Part shown: one piece after another, positions 47,275 to 57,154 of the stretch
How positions within the stretch are numbered: position 1 is the first letter of the stretch
Layout of the letters: the number at the start of each line of letters is the position of its first letter
Assembly: GCA_036229005.1 (NCBI GenBank)
Contig: JAZAMN010000004.1
Location: 32,001-96,000, forward strand
Direction: 5' to 3'
Source: Myxococcota bacterium
GTDB lineage: Bacteria > Myxococcota_A > UBA796 > CAJQPC01
DNA length: 64,000 bases
Notes under the pieces: model-generated
What the model was told of the DNA's origin: nothing
What the model saw: the letters and a program-made list of their open reading frames with translations, nothing else
The model's database searches: none
Translations under genes and position numbers: made by a program

Positions 47275-47290
47275 GAACGAGCGTTCGTTC
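47275..47290. promoter_or_regulatory. Near-perfect 16-bp palindrome, TetR-operator-like
   Basis: GAACGAGCGTTCGTTC (14 of 16 positions self-complementary) in the divergent amtB / 47354 intergenic region. Confidence 0.45.
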
Positions 47291-47353
47291 GCTCTTGCGC
47301 ATCTGAGCAAGTTGAAGGATCTCCAGGCGCAGGGCATGGCGTACTCTGGGGGC

Positions 47354-48808
47354 ATGATTCAGCTCCTCGTTGTCCTCGCCTGCACCAGGAATCCTTCTGA
47401 GACGTCTGTTTTGGACGACACGTCCGAGACGGTGGGGACCGATGACACGCAGGACACCCAGTCCTCCTCCTCTCCCTCCTGGGAAGAGGTCCGACCCATC
47501 TTCCAGGGGCACTGCAGCCGCTGCCACAGCGCGAACCGGCTCTCGACCTACAAGCGGCTGGAGACGCTGGAGGACATCCGTGGGCTGCGCACCAACATCC
47601 TGGACAAGCTGGAGACGGAGCCGCCGCGGGGGCTGCGGATGCCGGTGGCGTCGAACCACTCGGGGGGCTGCACGCCCGAGCACCCGGCCATCAACGACAA
47701 GCGCTTGAGCGAGCAGGAGCTGGAGACGGTGCGGGCCTTCCTGCAGCGAGAGGACCTCCGGGATGAGGTCGACAGCTTCCCGGCCCTGGAGCCGCCGGTG
47801 GTGCCGGAGCTGGAGGATGCGGTGACGTACACCTCGTCGGAGTTCGGGGTGCTCAACGACGGCTTCCTGGAGGACCCGAACGGGGACACCGGGGGGTACA
47901 TGGACGAGAAGGACTACGACCAGCGCGAGTACGACCAGATGGAGGACGACTGGTTCTGCATCCGCTTCAACCCGGGGCGCAGCGAGGCGGGGTACCTGAC
48001 GGGCGTGCAGGCGGAGACGGCGAGCGGGCAGATCCACCTGAACGCGCAGCTTGTGATCGACACGACGGGGGCCAGCGCGGACGCTCAGGCGGCGGCAGAG
48101 GAGCGGGGGAGTGACTGGTACCGCTGCGATGCGGGGCTGGGCTTCTCGGACGCGATCCCGCTGTGGCGGACGGTGCCGGGGGGCCAGGCGGTGGAGCTGC
48201 CGGAGGCCACGGGGCTGCGCTTCGACCCGAGTTGGACCTTTGTGCTGCGGGCGGACTTCCACACGCACTACGACGCGGAGGAGTTCAACCGCCTCTCACA
48301 GAACGGCGTGATCGACCGCGAGGCGGGGACGATGACCTGGTACAATCAGGCGACCCTGCGGGCGCAATGGGCGGCGCCGGAGGACATCGAGCGGGAGCTC
48401 CAGTGGGTGATGGTGGAGCCCAGCACCAGCCAGGAGCGGGAGAGCTTCGCGGTGGTTCCGGGGGCCAGCACGTTGAGCTACCAGGCGGGGCTGCCTACGG
48501 ACGCGGAGCGCTACGCGGTGTTCTCGGCCGAGGTGGGGATGGGCAAGAACGGGCACACGGCGAGCCTTCTCGACACGGGGAGCTCGAGCTGCCTTGCCAG
48601 CAACGGGGACTTCAACCCGAATTGGATCGAGCAGGCGGTCTACGCCGAGGGCGCCGCGCCGGTGCTGGACGGCGGCAGCACGCTGGAGATCCGCTGCGAC
48701 TACGAGAACAAGAGCGAGGAGACCGTGACCTGGGGCCCCGAGGGCGAGGCCGCGGTCTGGGGGCGCAAGGAGCGCTGCAGCGGGGTGGTGTTCTTCTACG
48801 AGGAGTAG
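47354..48808 (+). CDS. Lipoprotein with a c-type haem motif and a degenerate copper monooxygenase (PHM/DBH)-like fold
   Basis: MIQLLVVLAC; VRPIFQGHCSRCH (CxxCH), RMP; WFCIRF, YLTGVQ, LEIRCDYEN, VTWG. Confidence 0.6.
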   Translation: MIQLLVVLACTRNPSETSVLDDTSETVGTDDTQDTQSSSSPSWEEVRPIFQGHCSRCHSANRLSTYKRLETLEDIRGLRTNILDKLETEPPRGLRMPVASNHSGGCTPEHPAINDKRLSEQELETVRAFLQREDLRDEVDSFPALEPPVVPELEDAVTYTSSEFGVLNDGFLEDPNGDTGGYMDEKDYDQREYDQMEDDWFCIRFNPGRSEAGYLTGVQAETASGQIHLNAQLVIDTTGASADAQAAAEERGSDWYRCDAGLGFSDAIPLWRTVPGGQAVELPEATGLRFDPSWTFVLRADFHTHYDAEEFNRLSQNGVIDREAGTMTWYNQATLRAQWAAPEDIERELQWVMVEPSTSQERESFAVVPGASTLSYQAGLPTDAERYAVFSAEVGMGKNGHTASLLDTGSSSCLASNGDFNPNWIEQAVYAEGAAPVLDGGSTLEIRCDYENKSEETVTWGPEGEAAVWGRKERCSGVVFFYEE

Positions 48809-48832
48809 GCCCCGCTGCAGGGCGCGCTGGCG

Positions 48833-49876
48833 TCAGGAGGACAGGCCCGCGACCCGGTCTGCCTCGACCCGCAGAGCGCCACCCACGCCGGGCTCGGAGT
48901 CGGAGTGGCCGTTGCCGTCCACGAACCAGAGGCGGCTGTCGACGCCCTCGGCCAGCAGGGCCTTGTGCAGGCGCCACGCGGCGGTGGGGCGGCAGACCTG
49001 GTCGCAGCGGCCGTGCACGGTGGAGACCGTCATGCCGCGCAGGCGCCGGAGCTGCTCGGGCTCCAGGAGCTGACCGGGCCGCAGGAAGCCCTCGGCGAGC
49101 ATGTAGTGCACCTCCAGGCTGGCGAAGGGGATCAGTTTGGAGGGGGTGGAGAGGGATGCGGCGATGGCCTCGGGATCCTTGTGGACCTTGGACAGCGAGA
49201 GCTCGTAGGCCACGAAGGCGCGGGCGGCGTCGTCGCGGGTGGCCGGGTCGGCCAGGAGCTGCCGGTAGCCCTCCAGGATGTCGGCGGGCGGGTTGCCTCC
49301 GAAGGCGGCGTGGTCGCGGATGAAGCCCTCGTAGGCCTCCCAGACCTCCGGGTAGTTGACCGCCGTGGAGCCGTCGCGGAAGAGGGCGTCGACCTCGTCC
49401 AGCAGGAAGGTGAAGATGCCGCGCAGGATGAGGTGGGCCATGCGCTCGGGGTGGGCCTCGGCGTAGGCCAGGGCCAGGGTGGAGCCCCAGGAGCCGCCCA
49501 GCACCAGGTGCCACTTGTCGATGCCCAGGTGGGCGCGGAGCTGCTCCAGGTCGTCCACCAGGTGGGGGGTGCTGTTGTCGGCGAGGGCGGCTTGGTAGTC
49601 GTCGGCCACGTTGGGCTGGCTCTGGCCGGCGCCTCGCTGGTCCAGCAGGATGATGCGGTAGACCTGGGGATCGAAGAACTGCCGCACGCCGGGTCGGGTG
49701 CCGCCGCCGGGGCCACCGTGCAGGAAGAGGGCGGGCTTGCCCGCGGGGTTGCCGGACTCCTCCCAGTAGAGGTGGTGCGTGGCGTCTGCGCTGCCGACCT
49801 GCAACATGCCGGTCTGGTTGGGCTCGATGGGGGGGTGGAGCTCGGTGGGGGCGGGGTCGATGCGGAGCTGGGTCAA
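48833..49876 (-). CDS. pip: Proline iminopeptidase
   Basis: YWEESGNPAGKP, LHGGPGGG, DQRGAG, GGSWGSTL, LRGIF, HGRCD, GHS; TTG start after GGAGG. Confidence 0.92.
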   Translation of the reverse strand: MTQLRIDPAPTELHPPIEPNQTGMLQVGSADATHHLYWEESGNPAGKPALFLHGGPGGGTRPGVRQFFDPQVYRIILLDQRGAGQSQPNVADDYQAALADNSTPHLVDDLEQLRAHLGIDKWHLVLGGSWGSTLALAYAEAHPERMAHLILRGIFTFLLDEVDALFRDGSTAVNYPEVWEAYEGFIRDHAAFGGNPPADILEGYRQLLADPATRDDAARAFVAYELSLSKVHKDPEAIAASLSTPSKLIPFASLEVHYMLAEGFLRPGQLLEPEQLRRLRGMTVSTVHGRCDQVCRPTAAWRLHKALLAEGVDSRLWFVDGNGHSDSEPGVGGALRVEADRVAGLSS

Positions 49877-50065
49877 GGTGGCCTCCAGGGGATTCCAGGG
49901 CAGGGGAGGGGGCGCCCGGTGCTCCTGGCTTAACGACCTGCTCCCAGGGGGCGAGGGGCCCCGCTGTCGGCGGCGCCACCGTCTTGCCCAGCCCCCCCCG
50001 CCGAAGTAATCGAGAGGGCAACAACCCCGTGGAAACCCACCCCCTCTCAGCACCTGAGGCGTCCC

Positions 50066-52837
50066 ATGAGCCTGTACACAGCCTACCTTGAAGAGATCGA
50101 GCAGCGGAAGGCGGAGGGCCTGCACCCCAAGCCCATCGAAGACGCCGACATGGTCGAGGTCCTGATCGCCCAGATCCTGGACGCCGATCACGAGCACCGC
50201 GCCCAGTCCCTGGACTTCTTCATCTACAACACGCTGCCCGGCACCACGAGCGCGGCGGGCGTGAAGGCCGAGTTCCTCAAGGGCGTCATCCTGGGCGAGC
50301 ATCAGGTCGCTGAGATCACCCCCGAGTTCGCCTTCGAGCTGCTCTCCCACATGAAGGGCGGCCCCTCCGTCCGCGTCCTGCTGGACCTGGCCCTGGGCGA
50401 GGATCTGACCCTGGCTGCGCAGGCGGCCGAGGTGCTCAAGACCCAGGTGTTCCTCTACGACGCGGACACCGACCGCCTCAAGGAGGCCTACGAGGCCGGC
50501 AGCGCCATTGCCACCGACATCCTGCAGAGCTACGCCGAGGCGGAGTTCTTCACCAAGCTGCCCGAGGTCGAGGAGACCCTGCAGGTCGTGACCTACGTGG
50601 TCGCCGTGGGTGATGTGTCCACCGACCTGCTCTCCCCCGGCAGCGACGCGCACTCCCGCTCCGACCGCGAGCTGCACGGGCAGTGCATGTTCGAGCACGA
50701 CAAGGCCAAGCAGCAGCGCCTGCTGGACCTCAAGGCCGAGCACCCCGACAAGCGCGTGATGCTGGTCGCCGAGAAGGGGACCATGGGCGTGGGCTCCTCC
50801 CGCATGTCCGGCGTGAACAACGTCGCGCTGTGGACCGGCGTGCAGGCCAGCCCCTACGTGCCCTTCATCAACATCGCCCCCATCGTGGGCGGCACCAACG
50901 GCCTGGCCCCCATCTTCCAGACCACCGTGGGCGTGACCGGCGGCATCGGCATCGATCTGAAGAACTGGGTCAAGAAGCTGGACGCCGACGGCAACCCCAT
51001 CGTGGACGCCGACGGCGAGTTCGTGCTGGAGGAGGTCTTCTCCATCGACACCGGCACGGTGCTCACCATCAACACCAAGACCAAGAAGCTCTACAACGCC
51101 GACGGCTCCCAGGAGCTGGCGGACATCAGCTCCGCGCTGACCCCGCAGAAGCAGGAGTTCATCCGCGCAAAGGGCAGCTACGCTGTGGTCTTTGGCAAGA
51201 AGCTCCAGACCACCGCGGCGGCCATCCTGGGCGTGGAGGCCCCCCAGGTCTACGCCTCCTCCAAGGAGATCTCCCACCCCGGCCAGGGCCTGACGGCGGT
51301 CGAGAAGATCTTCAACAAGAACGCCGTGGGCGTGACCCCGGGCACCGTGCTGCACGCCGGCTCCGACGTGCGCGTCCAGGTCAACATCGTCGGCTCCCAG
51401 GACACCACCGGCCTGATGACCTCCCAGGAGCTGGAGATGATGGCCGCGACCGTGGTCTCCCCCAGCCTGGATGGCTCCTACCAGTCCGGCTGCCACACCG
51501 CGTCCGTTTGGAACGCCAAGGCCCGGCGGAACATCCCCAAGCTGATGGGCTTCATGAACCGCTTCGGCCTGGTGACCGCCCGCTCCCCCGAGAAGGCCTA
51601 CAAGCCCCTCACCGACGTGATCCACAAGGTGCTCAACGACATCACCGTGGACGACTGGGCCGTGATCATCGGCGGCGACTCCCACACCCGCATGTCCAAG
51701 GGCGTGGCCTTCGGCGCTGACTCCGGGACCGTGGCCCTGGCCCTGGCCACCGGTGAGGCGACCATGCCCATCCCCGAGTCCGTCAAGGTGACCTTCAAGG
51801 GCAGCCTCAAGGACCACATGGACTTCCGCGACGTGGTCCACGCCACCCAGGCCCAGATGCTGGAGCACTTCGAGGGCAACAACGTCTTCCAGGGCCGCGT
51901 CATCGAGGTCCACATCGGCACGCTGCTGGCCGACCAGGCCTTCACGTTCACCGACTGGACCGCCGAGATGAAGGCCAAGGCCTCCATCTGCATCTCCGAG
52001 CCCGAGACCCTCATCGAGTCCCTGGAGCTGGCCAAGAGCCGCATCCAGCTCATGATCGACCGCGGCATGGAGAACGAGGCCGGGATGCTGCGGGGCCTGA
52101 TCAACAAGGCCGACGCACGCATCGAGGAGCTGCGCACCGGCACCAAGCCCGCGCTGATGCCCGACGACAACGCCAAGTACTTCGCCGAGTTCACGGTGGA
52201 CCTGGACAAGATCGCCGAGCCCATGATCGCCGACCCGGACGTCGACAACGACGACCCCTCCAAGCGCTACACCCACGACACCATCCGCCCCATCTCCTTC
52301 TACGGCGGCGACAAGAAGGTGGACCTGGGCTTTGTGGGCTCCTGCATGGTCCACAAGGGCGACATGCAGATCATCGCCCAGATGCTCCGCAACATCGAGG
52401 CCGACCAGGGCAAGGTCGAGTTCAAGGCCCCCCTGGTCGTGGCACCGCCCACCTACAACATCGTCAACGAGCTCAAGGCCGAGGGCGACTGGGACGTGCT
52501 CCAGAAGTACGCGGGCTTTGAGTTCGACGACTCCGCCCCCAAGACCGAGGCGCGCACCAAGTACCAGAACACGATGTACCTGGAGCGCCCCGGCTGCAAC
52601 CTGTGCATGGGCAACCAGGAGAAGGCCGAGAAGGGTGACACCGTCATGGCCACGTCGACCCGGTTGTTCCAGGGCCGCGTGGTCGCCGACAGCGACGAGA
52701 AGAAGGGCGAGTCCCTCTTGGCCTCCACCCCCGTCGTGGTGCTCTCCACCATCCTGGGCCGCACGCCCACGATCCAGGAGTACACCGCCGCGGTCAAGGG
52801 CATCAAGCTGACCAACTACGCGCCCCCCACGCGCTGA
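50066..52837 (+). CDS. acnB: Aconitate hydratase 2 / 2-methylisocitrate dehydratase
   Basis: TDLLSP, GVGSSR, GSQDTTG, QSGCHT, GGDSHTR, GSCM, PGCNLCMGNQ, TSTR. Confidence 0.95.
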   Translation: MSLYTAYLEEIEQRKAEGLHPKPIEDADMVEVLIAQILDADHEHRAQSLDFFIYNTLPGTTSAAGVKAEFLKGVILGEHQVAEITPEFAFELLSHMKGGPSVRVLLDLALGEDLTLAAQAAEVLKTQVFLYDADTDRLKEAYEAGSAIATDILQSYAEAEFFTKLPEVEETLQVVTYVVAVGDVSTDLLSPGSDAHSRSDRELHGQCMFEHDKAKQQRLLDLKAEHPDKRVMLVAEKGTMGVGSSRMSGVNNVALWTGVQASPYVPFINIAPIVGGTNGLAPIFQTTVGVTGGIGIDLKNWVKKLDADGNPIVDADGEFVLEEVFSIDTGTVLTINTKTKKLYNADGSQELADISSALTPQKQEFIRAKGSYAVVFGKKLQTTAAAILGVEAPQVYASSKEISHPGQGLTAVEKIFNKNAVGVTPGTVLHAGSDVRVQVNIVGSQDTTGLMTSQELEMMAATVVSPSLDGSYQSGCHTASVWNAKARRNIPKLMGFMNRFGLVTARSPEKAYKPLTDVIHKVLNDITVDDWAVIIGGDSHTRMSKGVAFGADSGTVALALATGEATMPIPESVKVTFKGSLKDHMDFRDVVHATQAQMLEHFEGNNVFQGRVIEVHIGTLLADQAFTFTDWTAEMKAKASICISEPETLIESLELAKSRIQLMIDRGMENEAGMLRGLINKADARIEELRTGTKPALMPDDNAKYFAEFTVDLDKIAEPMIADPDVDNDDPSKRYTHDTIRPISFYGGDKKVDLGFVGSCMVHKGDMQIIAQMLRNIEADQGKVEFKAPLVVAPPTYNIVNELKAEGDWDVLQKYAGFEFDDSAPKTEARTKYQNTMYLERPGCNLCMGNQEKAEKGDTVMATSTRLFQGRVVADSDEKKGESLLASTPVVVLSTILGRTPTIQEYTAAVKGIKLTNYAPPTR

Positions 52838-52843
52838 GGCCGG

Positions 52844-54130
52844 TCACTCCAGGACGTAGCCTCCAGCCAGGATCTGCAGGACCTCCTTTGCGAAGGTCGT
52901 CAGGTCCTGGCTGCGGGTGTCCCAGAGAGCGGTCCAGGGATCGGCGTCGATGACCGCTTGCTGATCCTCCTCGGGGACATCGGTCAGGTCTGGATCGACC
53001 ATCGTGTCGCCCTTCTCCCGTACGATCCGCTCGAACTCGGGGCCATCTCCGGCCTCGAGCGCTTCGATGACCTCATCGGGCAGCTCGGTGTGCACCACGA
53101 AGGTGTTGCCGGCGTCGATGCCGCCTTCGATGAACGCGTCGTTGACGGCCTCGGTCCACTTGCTGGCCTTGAGCACTCCCAGGGCCTCTTTGCCCCGGGC
53201 GTCGGCGATGGGGAAGGTGTTGGACTTGCGGCCGATGTTCAGGTGCCGCCTGTGCTTGACGCCATCGGCGGCCTCTGGCGGCGCTTCGTCGGCCTCGTCG
53301 TCCACGCCATAGCGACCGCGCAGGTACTGAACGCTCGCTTCGAGCGCCTCCTCTTCCCGGGTCACAGAGCCCAGCTTGGTCATCTTGCTCTCGGACTTCA
53401 TGAGCTTGTTGTGGTACGCCCGCTGGGCGGGGTGGATGGTCGCCCAGAGCTCCTCAGCGGTCTTGATGTGGATGTTCTGGTTGACCAGGACGCTGACAAG
53501 GCGGCTGTCCCTGGCCTCGTCGTAGCCGGGCATGCCCTGGATCGCTTTCAGGGCGTCGGTCCGCCACTGCTTCTTGGTCTTGTGGGCCTCGCCCGTGACG
53601 TAGTCGACGTCCCCGAAGCGGATGAGCTGAACAGCCCCGGCGCTTGAGCCGCTCGAGTCGCCGCCCTGGTCCAGCAGCGACTCCGCGCTCTCACCCGCGA
53701 CGACCTTGTCTGCCACTGCGTCCGCGTGGCGCTCGTAGCTGTCCCCGGCCTGCCCTGTCGCCCCCTTGAGCTGCACGCCCTGGCGTTGTTGGACTGTGTG
53801 GGCCGCCTCATGGGCCGCGGTGTGAAGGTCTGGGGAGGCACCGAAGCCGACGCTGTTCCCGGAGGCATAGGCGTGTGCTCCCAGCGCGGTCGCGGCCTCG
53901 GCCGTGGCCCCGCCGATGCTTGCCTTGACGTCCGTGACGTCGTGGCGCCCAAAGCTCTCTTGGATCCGGTCCAGGTGTGGCAGCGGGCTGCTTGCCCCCT
54001 GGGTCCCGCGCGCTGCGATGGCGCTCGCATCGGCCAGGTGGTCGCTGCCCAGGGGGTCGCTGAGGGCGTCGGGGGCGCTGGAGGCGGTGCCAAGCTCTCG
54101 GCGCTGCACAGGGGGGCGGGTATCGAGCAT
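52844..54130 (-). CDS. DUF4157 (eCIS core domain) protein with an unknown C-terminal domain
   Basis: [48 protein letters not shown], then an unrelated region of roughly 250 aa. Confidence 0.8.
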   Translation of the reverse strand: MLDTRPPVQRRELGTASSAPDALSDPLGSDHLADASAIAARGTQGASSPLPHLDRIQESFGRHDVTDVKASIGGATAEAATALGAHAYASGNSVGFGASPDLHTAAHEAAHTVQQRQGVQLKGATGQAGDSYERHADAVADKVVAGESAESLLDQGGDSSGSSAGAVQLIRFGDVDYVTGEAHKTKKQWRTDALKAIQGMPGYDEARDSRLVSVLVNQNIHIKTAEELWATIHPAQRAYHNKLMKSESKMTKLGSVTREEEALEASVQYLRGRYGVDDEADEAPPEAADGVKHRRHLNIGRKSNTFPIADARGKEALGVLKASKWTEAVNDAFIEGGIDAGNTFVVHTELPDEVIEALEAGDGPEFERIVREKGDTMVDPDLTDVPEEDQQAVIDADPWTALWDTRSQDLTTFAKEVLQILAGGYVLE

Positions 54131-54213
54131 GCGGTCTTCCCAGTCAGGAGATCAACTTACGCTGAATCCCCGCATTCCGGGATTGCGGAGCATTTCGGCC
54201 GCCGCCGAAACAG

Positions 54214-55653
54214 TCAGGGGACCACGACCTCCACGCCCCGGCTCTCCACCCCGGCCTTGTTCGCCGCGCTGATGGCCCAGTGGCCGCTGGTCAGGGGCAG
54301 GGTGTCCTCGCTGGCGGGGTGGATGGAGACCAGTGTCCAGGCGTTCCCGTCGGCTCGATAGGTGAGCCACCAGCGCGCGGTGGGATGATCCACCTCGACC
54401 CCCGCATCGGTCTGTGTGAGGGTCGGGACCCGGACCTTGGTGTCCGCCTGGTCGAACACGGCAGGGGGCAGCGCCGGGGTGGCGTAGAGCTCCTGGCTGA
54501 ACACATCGCGGATGCCATCTGTGTTCTGTACCAAGGGGTCGATGTGGTAGTAGATGGACCCCGTGCCGCCGGCCTCGCGGGTCAGGCGCACCTGCTCCCG
54601 GATCTCGTCGACGTCCCAACTGCTGCTGCTCCCGAGCTGATACAGAGCGTGTCCGGAGAAGGTGTGTCGGCCCGCTTGGGGCAGGTTGGCCCACCACTGT
54701 ACAAGGGGGCCAAACGCTTGCGCGCTCTGTGAGCTTGGCCAGTACAGTTGAGGTGCGAGGTAGTCGACCCACCCCTCTGCTTTCCACAGCACGGGGTCGG
54801 CGTAGAGGGACTCGTATTGGTCCAGGCCGCTGATGCCTTCGGGCTGGCCGGGGCGGTAGATGCCAAAGGGGCTGATGCCGAAGCGCACCTGGGGGTCGAT
54901 CTCTGCGACGGTCTGTGCGACCCGCTCCATCATCCGGTTGACGTTGTCCCGCCGCCAGTCCGCCAGGCTCATGCCGCCGCCGTAGGCCGCGTAGGTGGCG
55001 TCGTCGGGGAAGTCCGAGCCGTCGGGGTAGGGGTAGAAGTAGTCGTCAAAGTGCACGCCGTCGACGTCGTAGCGGGTGACCAGGTCCCGGATGACGGCCT
55101 CCAGGTGGTCCTGCACGGCGGGCGCGCCCGGGTCCAGCCACAGGGTGCTGCCATAGGTGTAGGCGTACTGGCTGTTGACCACGCTCTGGTGGTTGCTGGC
55201 CGCGGAGGCGCTGGCGCTGGCCTTGGCGCGGTAGGGGTTGAGCCACGCGTGCACCTCGAGCCCGCGGGCGTGGCCCTCGTCCAACACAAACTGCAGAGGG
55301 TCCCAGCCGGGGTCCTGGCCCTGGGTGCCCGTCAGGTAGCGGCTCCAGGGGTCCAGCTCGGAGGCGTAGAGGGCGTCGGCCTCGGGGCGCACCTGGAAGA
55401 ACACGGCGTTCAGCCCGCTGGCCTGGGCGGTGTCGAGCAGGGTGAGCAGCTCGGCTTGGGAGGCGCTGGCGCTCAGGCCGCTCTCGCTGGGCCAGTTGAT
55501 GTTCCAGACCGTCGCGATCCAGACGCCGCGCAGCTCCCGCTCGTGCGACACGAGGACGCCGCTCTCCTGGGCGCCGGTGTCGTCAAAGCGGGTGATGGGG
55601 TTGTCCGGCGTGGTCCAGGAGCCGGTGCAGGCGAGCAGGGCGAGGGGGAGCAA
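54214..55653 (-). CDS. Glycoside hydrolase-like family 10 (DUF187, YddW/DigH-like) lipoprotein
   Basis: RELRGVWIATVWNINWPS, FQVRP, HAWLNPYR, DGVHFDDYFYPY, FGISPFG, DYLAPQLYW. Confidence 0.9.
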   Translation of the reverse strand: MLPLALLACTGSWTTPDNPITRFDDTGAQESGVLVSHERELRGVWIATVWNINWPSESGLSASASQAELLTLLDTAQASGLNAVFFQVRPEADALYASELDPWSRYLTGTQGQDPGWDPLQFVLDEGHARGLEVHAWLNPYRAKASASASAASNHQSVVNSQYAYTYGSTLWLDPGAPAVQDHLEAVIRDLVTRYDVDGVHFDDYFYPYPDGSDFPDDATYAAYGGGMSLADWRRDNVNRMMERVAQTVAEIDPQVRFGISPFGIYRPGQPEGISGLDQYESLYADPVLWKAEGWVDYLAPQLYWPSSQSAQAFGPLVQWWANLPQAGRHTFSGHALYQLGSSSSWDVDEIREQVRLTREAGGTGSIYYHIDPLVQNTDGIRDVFSQELYATPALPPAVFDQADTKVRVPTLTQTDAGVEVDHPTARWWLTYRADGNAWTLVSIHPASEDTLPLTSGHWAISAANKAGVESRGVEVVVP

Positions 55654-55804
55654 GGGGGCCTCCGAGGGGACATCCTATCGCCGCCGTGGGCGCTGTACAG
55701 GCGCCGGTGCGCTGGTCGATGGCCGGGAACGCTGTGTGCCGGATCTGGGCGCTTGCCTTGGGGCTGGCCGTGGGCAGCTTGCCGACCCCAGATTGGAGAT
55801 CCCC

Positions 55805-56434
55805 GTGTTCCTCAAGAACCTGAACTGGCGCTACGCAACCAAGAAGATGGACCCCAGCAAGGCGGTCCCCGCCGACAAGGTCGAGCAGATCGTGGAGGCC
55901 GTGCGCCTGGCCCCCACCTCGTCCGGGCTGCAGCCCTTCGAGCTCTTTGTCATCACAAACGACGCCGTGCGCGAGCAGATCCGTCCGGTGGCCTGGAACC
56001 AGTCTGTGATCACCGAGGGCTCCCACCTGCTCGTGTTCGCCGCCTGGGACAACTACACCGCCGAGCGCATCGACGAGGTCGTGGACCTGATGGTCGAGAA
56101 GCGCGGGCACACCCCCATGCTCGAGGCCTACTACACCAAGCTCAAGGCCGCCTACGTCGAGCGCGACCCCGAGCTGAACTACGCGCACGCCGCCCGGCAG
56201 GCCTACATCGCCCTGGGCTTCGCCATGGCCGCCGCCGCGGAGCTCCAGGTGGACTGCACCCCCATCGAGGGCTTCTCCCCGGAGAAGGTGGACGAGATCC
56301 TGGGGCTGCGCGAAAAGGGCCTGCGATCTGTGGTGCTCCTGCCGCTGGGCTACCGCGCGGAAGAGGGCGACTGGCTGCTGCCGATGGCCAAGGTCCGCAA
56401 GCCCGTCGAGAAGATGGTCAGCGTGATTGACTGA
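55805..56434 (+). CDS. Nitroreductase family (NfsB-like) flavoprotein
   Basis: LNWRYATKK, LAPTSSGLQP, QAYIALG, DCTPIEGF, LGYR, KVRK. Confidence 0.9.
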   Translation: MFLKNLNWRYATKKMDPSKAVPADKVEQIVEAVRLAPTSSGLQPFELFVITNDAVREQIRPVAWNQSVITEGSHLLVFAAWDNYTAERIDEVVDLMVEKRGHTPMLEAYYTKLKAAYVERDPELNYAHAARQAYIALGFAMAAAAELQVDCTPIEGFSPEKVDEILGLREKGLRSVVLLPLGYRAEEGDWLLPMAKVRKPVEKMVSVID

Positions 56435-56467
56435 TTGAAATCTGGCTTTTGGGCTATGCTCCGCGGC

Positions 56468-57076
56468 ATGCCCTACTTAGCCGAAGACTTCCGCTCGCTC
56501 CTCCCGGAACAACAACTCCGGGAGCTTCAGCTCAGCGGGAGCGTGGTCGTGGGGCTCCGGGCGGACAACACAGTGGGGTTCACCAACGCAGCGTGGGCCC
56601 GCTTCGCCAAGCAGAACAACGGGGGGGGCGCAGTCGAGGACTGGCGGGGCAGCTTGATCGAGGCCGTCTCGCCGGAGCTCAGGGGCTTCTACCTGAAGCT
56701 CTTTGAGACCGCGCGCGCCACGGGAGAGCCCCAGGATCATCGATATCAATGCTCCGACAAGGAAAAATACCGGGAGTTCATGCTGCGGGTGCTGCCGCTG
56801 CCCAGCGGCGCGCTGATCCTCATCCACCACAAGGTCCTGGAGACCCCCCACGGATGGGAGCGCGGCACAGTGGGGGACCAGTACCGGAACGCGGACGGAT
56901 TTGTCGTCCAGTGCTCTCACTGTCGCCGCACCCGCCGGGCGGATGATCCGCTCACCTGGGACTGGGTGCCGGCCTACCTGGAGCGCCAGGCAGGCATCAG
57001 CCACGGTCTGTGTGGGCACTGCTTTCGGCACTACTACGAGGAGTTCGAGGGCGCGCCGGAGGAAGGCCAGCTCTGA
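56468..57076 (+). CDS. PAS-like protein with C-terminal Cys4 zinc-ribbon motif (start uncertain, 56435-56468)
   Basis: FTNAAWARFA..N, YQCS...REF; QCSHCRR...SHGLCGHC. Confidence 0.65.
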   Translation: MPYLAEDFRSLLPEQQLRELQLSGSVVVGLRADNTVGFTNAAWARFAKQNNGGGAVEDWRGSLIEAVSPELRGFYLKLFETARATGEPQDHRYQCSDKEKYREFMLRVLPLPSGALILIHHKVLETPHGWERGTVGDQYRNADGFVVQCSHCRRTRRADDPLTWDWVPAYLERQAGISHGLCGHCFRHYYEEFEGAPEEGQL

Positions 57077-57154
57077 GCGCTCGGAGCCTTGTCCCTGTTG
57101 CACAGCCCCCCGGGCCGGCGATAACGAATCGCAGACCTCCAGCCTGGGCAATCC

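Noticed and set aside
48833..52354. 1173-aa ORF suggesting a giant Pip fusion
   Set aside because: The N-terminal part is the antisense shadow of acnB; pip has its own GGAGG and TTG start at 49876
56468..57076. c-type cytochrome from Cys/His motifs
   Set aside because: Motifs are CSHC and CGHC (CxxC pairs), not CxxCH, and there is no signal peptide
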